A stretch of 64,000 bases of DNA from Mobula hypostoma (taxonomy: Eukaryota): the NCBI RefSeq assembly GCF_963921235.1, contig NC_086097.1, forward strand, positions 37,016,001 through 37,080,000, given 5' to 3'. The stretch's first letter is position 1. Each line of letters opens with the position of its first letter. Position numbers and translations under genes: made by a program. The notes under the pieces are model-generated. The model was not told where the DNA came from, did no database searches, and saw only the letters and a list, made by a program, of their open reading frames with translations. Shown piece after piece: positions 27,922 to 38,579 of the stretch.

Positions 27922-27989
27922 TCAGCAAAAATAAATAAATAAATTGGAAGGTTTACAGAAAGATTTCAGAAATGAAATTGTATGCATTA

Positions 27990-28145
<156 letters not shown>

Positions 28146-28194
28146 TTACACTTGGTTGCAAGTATAGCACCCACTTTAGTCCAAAAGGCAAAAA

Positions 28195-28310
28195 AGAGAA
28201 ATTCTGCAGATGTTGGAAATCCAAGCAACACACACGAGATGCTGGAGGAACTCAGCAGGCCAGACAACATCTATGCAAAGGAGTACAGTCGACACTTCAG
28301 GCCAAGGGAT
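28195..28310 (-). mobile_element. Truncated Penelope terminal repeat
   Basis: tctgcagatgttggaaatcc..gctggaggaactcagcaggcc..cagtcgac. Confidence 0.8.
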
Positions 28311-28657
28311 CAAATAATAACAATTTGAATGGCATCTTAGAAACTTGCATTTTTTTTTTGTATCTTGAATATTCTGTGCAAGTTTATATAGCTAGTGGGA
28401 AATTGGATGTGGAAAACATATTTTCCAAGTCAAATGCTCACCAACTTCATAAAAGAAATTAATTGCAAACTTGTATTCATTATTTTAATACTTTAGGCAT
28501 CCACATCAATTTAAAACAGCTTTTTAGCTAGATTAAGTTAATATAATATACTATTTCCCTCATAATGATACTGGAGACTAGCCAGCGAGTCAGCAGCTAT
28601 AATGTATTTCATTCTTTGTTATTAAGGATGACCTAATAAGGATGAAAAAAATATATG

Positions 28658-28659
<2 letters not shown>

Positions 28660-28725
<66 letters not shown>
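28660..28725. repeat. Compound microsatellite (TG)7(TA)20(CA)6
   Basis: Read directly from the sequence. Confidence 0.97.
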
Positions 28726-28901
28726 TGCTATTGGGAGGAAGAGTGAATTAAAATTACACTTGGACAATACAGGAATATTTTGAAGAGCAAAATTTAGAAC
28801 TCAGGTGGACTGATTTCTACAGGGTAACAGGTATACAATAAACTATCAGCCAGCTTAAATAATATGTATTACTTTGTTTAGTAGGTCCTTCCACCCACTT
28901 A

Positions 28902-29096
<195 letters not shown>

Positions 29097-30148
29097 CTAA
29101 CCAGCCAAATATTTTGTAACCATGAGGCCTGTTGATGTTTTGTAAGAAGAGTTTCTGTTCATCAGGTATCATCCCTCTCCTGTTGCAACATGTAGGATTA
29201 ATGCAGCATCTTTAAAGTACAACGAATCAAAGCACCTTACAGGAAGGTTATCAAAGAGAACAGAACACACAAGGTGCTTGGAGAGCTGAATAAGAACATG
29301 GTCATCATGGCAGATTTTAAGAAATGACTTGAAAGTAAGAGGCAGTCTAGAGTCAGAGTTGTACAACACAGAATGGGTCCTTGAGCTCACCATGTCAAAG
29401 GTAACATTTTTGCCTATCTGGACCAATTCCATTTTGTCTCAATTCTGTCTATATCCCCCTTAAAAGGTAGCAATTCTATGAGATTCCACTGTTACGTTCC
29501 AGATATCAACCACTCTGTTTAAGAAAAAAAACATTGCTCAGATAAATGAAGGGAGTCACAGCGATTTTAATCGATTACTTTTTGTTCTTTTAGAGCTGTC
29601 TGAAATAAGCACTGCCTGATTAACTGATGACCCAATTAACCAGAATTCACGGTACTTCTATTGGAGAGTTCCATGGGAAGGAACTTGAGCTGAACACCCA
29701 TTCATTTGAAGAATGATTTGGAATGCACAAGCCAGATTTGGAAGAACACAGATTTAAAGGCTGCAAGTGCTTAATCCCAGTCATTATGGCATTTATTTGT
29801 TCCTGGAAGATTCCATTCAGATCAGTGCTGTGACTGGACATGTTCACATCACTAAAACTGGATTAGAGTTGGATCATTTTGTGAATAGCAGTACATCTCA
29901 GTTTAAGTTAAATCTAAATCTTTAGGAGTTAGAAAACACTTTTACATCTTTTCAGATTATGCATAATACATAATTATGAAATTTCCTTTATAAAAAGCCA
30001 CCATACATGGCTTAAAGTGATCAAAAGCTGTTAGATGCAAATATGAATGTTACTGGGAGGCAAACTGTTACTGATCAGTGCAGCTTGCACCAGTGACGTG
30101 CTCCACAATTGTATTCACTTTATGCATACCATAAGAAAGAATACAAAC

Positions 30149-30199
30149 CTTGTATGAAATTTGAAAAAACTTTGGCTTACACTCATCGGAACTTAAATT
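30149..30199 (-). CDS. SLC38A6: SLC38A6-like coding exon (NLSSDECKPKFFQISYK)
   Basis: 51 nt, tttag/gtttgt; CKPKxF loop motif; phase 0-0. Confidence 0.88.
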
Positions 30200-30512
30200 C
30201 TAAACAAGAAACAGAAGTTTATTATAATTCTGTTAAGATGCACATCACCCGTCTCTTCAGCTGTTTAATCATGCACAGTCTACATTAACCAACTTGCATA
30301 TTACTACTTGTATTACTCATTAAAGTCACCAACACTTAAATATGAAAAAAAAATCCTTCCTACTTATTATCATACTTATTGGCATGCAACAAATTGGGGT
30401 TGGGTACTAATTTTTCAGCAGATAACAATAATCACAGCTAAGTCTGATTCTGACATTCATATATTTCACAAGAGACTATAAGGTGCTGATTAGGTATAGA
30501 TTAATATTAATA

Positions 30513-31209
30513 AGCACAGCAGCGTCTCTACTCTCTGCGAAGGCTGAGAAAAGTCCATCTCCCACCCCCCCATCCTCACCACATCCTACAGAGGATGTAT
30601 CGAGAGCATCCTGAGCAGCTGCATCACTGCCTGGTTCAGGAATTGCACCGTCTCAGATCGCAAGACCCTGCAGCAGATGGTGAGGTCAGCTGAGAAGATC
30701 ATCAGGGTCATTACAGACATTTACACTACCTGCTGCACCCGTCAAGCCAACAGCCCACACACCCCTCATACAAACTCTTTTCCCTCCTGCCATGTGGCAA
30801 AAGGAACCGAAGCATTCAGGCTCTCACGACCAGACTGTGCAACAGTTTCTTCCCCCAAGCCATCAGACTCCTTAATACCCAGAGACTAGTCTGACATCTA
30901 CATCATTTATTATTATATTGTAATTTGTCCTCTACTGTCTATTGTCCTATTTATTATTTATTGTACTGCCCTGCACAGTTTTGTGCACTTTATATAGTCT
31001 TGTGTAGGTCTGTAGTCTAGTGTAGTTTTTGTGTTGTCTCACGTAGTCTAGTGTAGCCATGTGTTGTTTCACTTAGTCTCGTGTAGTTTTGTGTTGTTTC
31101 ATGTAGCACCACGGTCCTGGAGGAACGTTGTTTCGTCTTTACTGTGTACTGTACCAGCAGTTAATGGTCGAAATGATAATAAAAAGCGACTTGACTTGAC
31201 TTGACTTGA
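30513..31209 (+). mobile_element. Rex1-like LINE 3' end with ~30-bp tandem repeats and (GACTT)n tail
   Basis: ESILSSCITAW and DRKTLQ..VRSAEKII remnants; repeated gtagtctagtgtag..gtgttgt units at ~31010-31105; gacttgacttgacttgactt. Confidence 0.8.
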
Positions 31210-31750
31210 GATACACTTGAAGTCTAGAGCAATTATAAAAGACTGGACACACTATCAAGTACAAATTTAAGTTGGAGGAAACCCATTACAAAGCATATAC
31301 GTATTTTATAAAATTGGAATGCACCTGAAAACACATGTTAAAGTAATTAATTCTATTAAATAAAATGTTTTGAGTCAATTCATTTTTGTTCACCAATTCA
31401 ATTTAAACCAAATTCAATAGTTATTTTTTAACCAGTTCTAAAATTGTAAACAACAAGCAAACTTTTGGAACACGGATTCAAAAGTTGTGAGAGGCTAAAA
31501 AATTTTGTTGCCTATAATCACAAGATCCTCATGAATATGAGTATCCCAACCCAATACCAATGAGATGGTCTTTTCATGGGTCTAGTACCAGCTCTTTTTA
31601 GAAGCAAGTGGATTAGCTTACAAAAAAAAGGGTACTGTTAAAAAGATCACTCTGGGTGAGGCTACAATGATGCTGGGATGGAATACAAGGCAAGTTATAT
31701 TATATCCAATCATGAAATACATATACAAAAGAGTATCATAAGTAACTTAC

Positions 31751-31813
31751 GTGAACATAATCTACAGTGCCATTAAACAACGGGCAAGGAATGAACCATT
31801 TTTTAACAATGAC
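31751..31813 (-). CDS. SLC38A6: SLC38A6-like coding exon (VIVKKWFIPCPLFNGTVDYVH)
   Basis: 63 nt, tgtag/gtaagt; KKWxIPCPL motif. Confidence 0.92.
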
Positions 31814-32282
31814 CTACAAAAGAAAGTATACAGTGTGTTTGACAAGATTTTGTTGAAATAATTCCATTTGTTTGCAGAGCCAGAACTAACGAGAACTTTC
31901 AGCAATTGAATGAATTATTTTTCCAATGATAGGGGTCACTGTTGAGCTTAATCCTACATATTGCACATTTCCAACATGGGTCTTAGATTACTAGTCATGA
32001 GTCGAATTTTTGTCATTTTACATACCCATTGCCCCAGAATCTGAACCCAGAGACGAACTGACAAATCCCTGATTGTGTATGCTGACCGAGTTAAAATCTC
32101 TAACTTTTCTAGTACATCTGTTTCAGTGACATTGCATTTACCAATGAACCATCAGAAGGAATTTGACTCCACTGCTTTAATTTTTTTTAGTTCAAATATT
32201 TGCTTGGAAACTCAGCAACCTGGAGAAACAAAATATGGCACTAATAAAGATGACTAGAAAAAAAAATTTAAAAATCTACACT

Positions 32283-34980
32283 AGTAGTTTCCAAACATTT
32301 TTTGGGTTACCACCTCCTTGGCTCCCAGACCACATTCCCTTTCTGGCCATTACATAAAAATTATAAAGAATTTTGAGTTATGATGCACAGTGAAAGAAAA
32401 CAGAAACTGCCAATTTAATGCAGGGACAAATAATTGCAAAATGTTTTTCAAATCAATTAAAAGTTACAAATAAAATGTCTTTAATTACAGTAAAAACAAT
32501 TTTCATCAATTTTAGAGAGTATGTTAGTCCAACTTTTCACTACTTCAGTGCTTTTTCACTCCTCACTGAGATGGATGGACTTGGTGCAGTATATCTGCTT
32601 CTCATATCAGGTTGAATATCTATCATTCAGAAAGAGTCTCCCATTCCCTCATTGCTTTGAATGAAGTTGGGTGACTGCACTGAAATTGCACTCCACTAAA
32701 TGTGATGTTGCAAAGGCAATAAGAAACCAACTTTATATTTTTCCCACAGTGCAGGATACTGTTCAGAGATTTCATTCTGCATTCAAAAGCCTTGATATGA
32801 TTTGTTGAACCTCGGCTTCAGCTCAAAGTCATTTTGTAGTGAGATCCGTACTTCCTCCATCTTTCCTGTTAATTCCTCATTACAAGTGTTCAAGAATGGA
32901 TTTATTACCGAATCTGGAATTTGGATCAAGAGAAGATTCTGAAATTGTCAGACATGTCCTTATGCAGCTCACCCAGGTGGGCACAATATATTTGAATATC
33001 ATCTGGTATTCCTTCTTTCTCTTCCAACTCAGAGATGCTCTGAAATTGGAAAAGGTCGCAATGGCCAATGATGCACTTAAATAGGGTTAACTTGGACAGA
33101 AATGTGGAGACGACTGATTTGACTTTGATAAGATTCACATAATTTCTTTGCAATTGAAGATTGATTTCACTAAGTTTCGCAAATAATTCTGACAAATAAG
33201 CAACATCATGCCTAATATTCCAGGGTTGATCATTTCCGAGCATCTCAAGTCTTCATAAAAAATGTTATCACAGTTTCAAATATTGCATAAAACCATCTCA
33301 AGGAGTTTCCTTTTGAGAGCCATCTGGCTTCAATGTGCAACAGCAAACTTTCAAGCTGTTGATCGTTCTCAATACAGTCCTCAAAAGAGTTGAGAACTAA
33401 GAGCATGAAACTTTATTTTATTTACCACTGTGATAACACTATATAATGACTTGTGCAGCTGATCTCTTGGGTTTTTTGCAACAAGTTGCTGCCTGTGAAC
33501 TACATGGTGAATGGTAAATATGCTAGGGTCAGTTTTTTTTCCCCAATACAGTTATAACCCCACAGTGGTGTCCTGTCATTGATAGTGCCTCATCTGCTGT
33601 ATAAGCAAGAATATTGGTGAGCAGAATGTCCTTCTCTTTGAAAAAGTGCTCAACAAACCGAAACACTGACTTCTGTGTTGTATCTGTTTCTAGACCCCTT
33701 GTAAGTAACAATTCTTGAACTATGCTTTCATCTTTTATGAAACAAATATAACCAAGAAGCAAAGATTTATTGTCTAGCAAAGATGACTCATCCAATTGCA
33801 GAGCAAATTCTGTTGTCTTATGTATGTAACACAATGTGTTCTTCTGCATTCTCAGACATTTCATCTATTCATCTTTGAACAGAGTTGTCGCTGAGCACAA
33901 TCGCTTTAATTACTTGGTCTGGTGAATCAAGCAAAATTAATTCCTCTGTTGACTTATGCAAAACTATTCTCAGAACCACCCTTACGGCTGGCAGAATCAG
34001 TTCTTGTTCAATTGTATGGGGCTTTCCAGATTTAGCAATGAACAATGAAATGTTGTGTGAAGCACACAAACCATCACTGTGTTGCTGTGAAGTGCTAGCA
34101 AACATGTTTTGAAGTGTTTTCTATTTCTGAAAGTTCTTACAAAGTGACTGAAAATAAGCCAAGTTCTTGTTTGCTTTATCAAATGTACTCTTCAAATGTT
34201 CAAGGAGCCTGGATGACTTCATTGCCTCATTTGAAAAAAAAACTTTTTCATACAAGCATTGACTGCTGTTGGTTGCTCGGTGCTGGTATAAATCCATATT
34301 TCAGATACACCACACTGTAGTGTTTAATTTCTTTTTCATTTGGTCTGCTTCTGCCATTTTCATTATGGATTAACGACCACAACCACCTACTGTTTAAGCC
34401 TAACCTCAAGCACTGTGATCAGTAAAGGTAGAGTTACATCATCATAGCTCAGGCAAAACCAGACACTCTGCCTGAAGGTAAATAAGGTGGGGCAGCAATA
34501 TCTCCATTGGACCGTAGACTACAGAAATGCCGTCAAGAACAGGCAGATTTAGAACTTTACTCCATTGAACGCCATACCCTAATTCGCAGGCATTGCTTTT
34601 GCTGCGTGATTAGAATATAGGAATCGTACTATCACTGTATTACATATTGGTAACAATGCATACCAAGCCTGGAAATAACATGATTTCTCCAGTCCAGATT
34701 TCTCATGATATGCCAAATAGAAAAGAGCCATCTTGCTTTTCAACACACTTTGAGCAAAGTCTAAGAGAGCAGTGGATTAGCAAGAGATGAGGTGATTATG
34801 TGATTTTTGTAATTAATTATCAGACACTGAGGATCAAATGCTTATAATAACTAATTAATTTCTTAAATTAAGCCTGTAGTGTCTCAGGTGCTCCCCTTTC
34901 CACCAAGCACCCCTCCCCCCACTGCCCCCTCTTAGAAACTCCCACCACCTCCCCCCCCACCCTGGGGGGGATAGGGCAAT
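32283..34980 (-). mobile_element. Decayed hAT (Buster/Charlie-type) DNA transposon; transposase remnant ~34357-32563
   Basis: YLKYGF, KPHTIxQELILPA, LSDNSVQR, FALQLDES, RWLSKG, AYLSELFAKLxEINLQLQ, terminal HQVHPSQ*; many stops and frameshifts; TIR-like tagtagtttccaaac at the left end only. Confidence 0.88.
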
Positions 34981-36681
34981 TTTAGTTTTTACAGCAAAGA
35001 GTCATCTGTTTATCTTATTTTAGTATTTTCTGAGAAGATAGCAAAAGTGAAACCAGAATGCTGAATGGTAAAATTGCCATTATTCCCGTGTTGCTAACAA
35101 AATATTTTGCAAAAATAATGTACTTAGCCTGCTATGCTTATACTTAGAAAAAAGTGGCAAAATTAATTCTCTTTGCATTCTAATTTCATTCTTGTATACA
35201 AATATGAAGAAAATGTTTTTTCAGCTCAGTAATATTTAGTTCCATATTTATATTGGAGTAAACATCACTGGATCTGATTTGTATGCTACTATTTAAGTAA
35301 ATTATGCTGTAAAGTTCTGGCTGGTCTCCAGAAGGGTGTATGCAGTTATATTTCCTCGGAGAAAAACACCTTGGAGCAACAGCACAGAAATACACCAGGG
35401 AGTAGATTGAAAAGAACATAATTATTAAAGTACTTCCAGAAATTAAAATGCTGCAGAATTGTAGATTATAACATTTTAATTTAATAGTTAAAAATGAAAA
35501 AAAGGTTTGTAACTTAAAACAGAATTCAACAGTCTTTCCTAGGCACATTGAGTCATGCTTTCAACATTATTGGCATCAATCAAGTTTTATCATCAATCGG
35601 CTATCAATGAATTTTCAACCTGATTATCCTATTCTTATTAGCAAAGGAGAAGTATGTTGGATATACAAGGCCAGGGATCAGATCATCCTCACTTTACAGT
35701 TGCAATATTGAAAATCACTCATTATTTTGGTGCAAACTCTACATTGAAAAATAGCACATTGGCATATTAACAACCAACTTATCAGAAACTACCAAACAGA
35801 AAATAATTCCACAGATAAGCTCCTGAATAGGATTGGAAGAAATTATCCCAATTTAAAAAATCAAGTTTAATTTAACTGAAACTGCCAGTTCATTTACCTG
35901 TCACTTGTGTACTTGTTGATTCCCAAACAAGAAAAACATTTTAAAGTTCTCCTGCTGTTTTTAGATCACCTCTAAAAGTTAGTGGGAAGATGAAGGATTG
36001 GGAAGTTTTTAAAAACCTACAGAGAGCAACTTAAAAAAAAATCATTAGAAGGGAAAACATGAAATACAAAAGCAAGCTAGCAAATAATATCAAAGAAGAT
36101 AGTTAAAGTTTTTTCAAGAATATTAAAAATAAAAGAGAGATGAGAGTGGATATAGGACCACAAGAAAATGAGGCAGGAGAAATAATAACGAGGGACAAGG
36201 AGATGGCTGACGAATTAAGTAAGTATTTTGCATCAGTCTTCACTGTGGAAGACATTAGCAGTATGCCTGATGTTGCAGTGTGTGAAGTAAGTGAAGTGGG
36301 TGCAGTTACTGTTACAAGAGAGAAGATGGTCAAAAAGCTGAAAGACCTAAAGCTACTTAAGTCACCCGGATCAGAAGATCTGCACCCTAGGGTTCTGAAA
36401 GAGGTAGCATTAAAGACTGTGGTGGCATTAGAAATGGTCTTTCAAAAATCACTGGACTCTGGCACAGTGCCAGATGTCTAGAAAATTGCAAATGTTACTC
36501 CACTCTTTAAGAAATGAGGAAGGCAGCAGAAAGGAAATTACAGACCAGTTAGCCTGACCTCAGTGGTTGGGAAGATGTTGGAGTCAGTTAACACAAAATA
36601 ATCTGCAGATGCTGGGGTCAAAGCAACACTCACAACACGCTAGAGGAACTCAGCAGGCCAGGCAGCATCCGTGGAAAAGAT

Positions 36682-36719
36682 CGGTCAACGTTTCGGGCCG
36701 GAAACCTTCGTCAGGACTG
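36682..36719 (-). ncRNA. Minimal type I hammerhead ribozyme motif in Penelope 3' terminal repeat
   Basis: CAGUC-CUGACGA-AGGUUUCCGGCCC-GAAA-CGUU-GACCG: stem I, catalytic core and palindromic AACGUU in place of helix III. Confidence 0.75.
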
Positions 36720-38490
36720 TAAGGGGAAGGGGCAGAGGCCCTATAAAGAAGGTGGGGGGAGGGTGGGAAGGAGAAGGCTGGTAGGTTCCAGGTAAAGAAC
36801 CAGTAAGGGGAAAGATAAAGAGGTGGGGGAAGGGAGGCAGGGAAGTGATAGGCAGGAAAGGTGAAGAAAGAATAGGGGAAAACACAATGGGTAGTAGAAG
36901 GAGGCAGGACCAAGAGGGAGGAGGTAGGCAGCTGGGGGAGGGGGCAGAGTGACATAGGGATAGGGGAAGGGAGGGGGAGGGAATTACCGGAAGTTGGAGA
37001 ATTCTATGTTCATATCAAGGGGCTGGAGACTACCTAGACGGTATATGAGGTGTTGCTCCTCCAACCTGAGTTTAGCCTCATCATGGCAGTAGAGGAGGCC
37101 ATGTATGGACATATCTGAATGGGAGTGGGAACTAGAGTTGAAGTGGGTGGCTACCGGGAGATCCTGTCTGTTTTGGCGGACGGAGCGGAGGTGCTCGACG
37201 AAGCGGTCCCCCAATCTGCATTGGGTTTCACTGCTGTAGAGGAGGCCACACCGGGAGCACCGGATGCAATGGATGACCCCAACAGACTCACAAGTGAAGT
37301 GTTGCCTCACTTGGAAGTACTGTTTGGGGCCCTGAATGGTGGCAAGAGAGGAAGTGTAGGGACAGGTGTAGCACTTGCGCTTACAGGGATAAGTGCCAGG
37401 TGGGAGATCCGTGGGGAGGGACATGTGGACCAGGGAGTCGTGGAGGGACCGATCCCTGCGGAAGGCGGAGAGGGGTGGAGAGGGAAAGATATGCTTAGTG
37501 GTGGGGTCCTGTTGAAGGTGGCAGAAGTTGTGGAGGATAATGTGCTGGATCCGGAGGCTGGTGGGGTGGTAGGTGAGGACAAGGGGAACTCTGTTCCTGT
37601 TGTGGTGGCGGGAGGATGGGGTGAGAGCCAAAGTGCGGGAAATGGAGGAGATGTCACCATTGATGACAGCAGAAAGGAAACCACGATCCTTAAAGAAGGA
37701 GGACATTTGAGATGTCCTGGAATGGAAAACCTCATCCTTGGAGCAGACGGAGGAACTGGGAATAGGGAATGGCATTTTTGCATGTAGCGGGGTGGGAAGA
37801 GGTATAGTTGAGGTAGTTATGAGAGTCAGTGGGCTTGTAGAAGATGTCAGTGGACAGTCTGTCTCCAGAGATGGAGACCGAGAGATCGAGAAGGGGGAGA
37901 GAAGTGTCCGAGATAGACCAGGTGAATTTGAGGGCTGGGTGGAAGTTAGAAGTAAAGTCGATGAAATTGATGCGCTCAGCATGGGTGCAGGAAGCAGCAC
38001 CAATGTAGTCGTCAATGTACCGAAGGAAAAGTTGGGGAGCAGTACCAGAATAGGTTTGGAGCACCGACTGTTCCACATAACCAACGAAGAGGCAGGCATA
38101 GCTAGGGCCCATGCGAGTTCCCATAGCTACACCCTTGGTCTGAAGAAAGTGGGAAGAGCCAAAAGAGAAGTTATTGAGTGCAAGAACCAGTTCCGCCAAC
38201 CGGAGGGTAGTGGTGGTGGGGAACTGGTGAGGTCTATTATCCAGAAAGTAGCGGAGGGCTTTGAGGCCTTCTTCATGGGGAATGGAGGTGTATAGGGATT
38301 GGCCATCCATAGTGAAAATGAAGCAGTTGGGACCGGGGAACTGTAAGTTATTGAAGAGGTGGAGGGCATGGGATGTATCCCAGATGTAGGTGGGGAGAGA
38401 CTGAACTATGGGTGACAAAATGGAGTCCAGGTAGGCAGATACAAGTTCGGTGGGACAGGAGCAGGCAGAAACTATGGGTCAGCCGGGACA

Positions 38491-38579
38491 AGCAACACAC
38501 ATCAAAGTTGCTGGTGAACGCAGCAGGCCAAGCAGCATCTATAGGAAGAGGCGCAGTCGACGTTTCAGGCCGAGACCCT
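38491..38579 (-). mobile_element. 89-bp Penelope terminal-repeat fragment nested in the Penelope RT
   Basis: 13-bp TSD GTCAGCCGGGACA at 38478-38490 and 38580-38592; sequence matches the other pLTR copies. Confidence 0.88.

Noticed and set aside
31005..31110. CRISPR-like spaced repeats
   Set aside because: Eukaryotic context; the units are contiguous degenerate tandem repeats in a LINE 3' UTR with no unique spacers
32563..34357. Domesticated ZBED/Buster gene
   Set aside because: Multiple stops and frameshifts, and eroded catalytic motifs
36720..36985. G-rich tract suggesting a G-quadruplex regulatory element
   Set aside because: It is the complement of the ordinary pyrimidine-rich Penelope 3' region, seen in every copy
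37119..38295. Plus-strand ORFs of 222 and 185 aa
   Set aside because: Antisense shadows of the GC-rich Penelope RT/EN coding region
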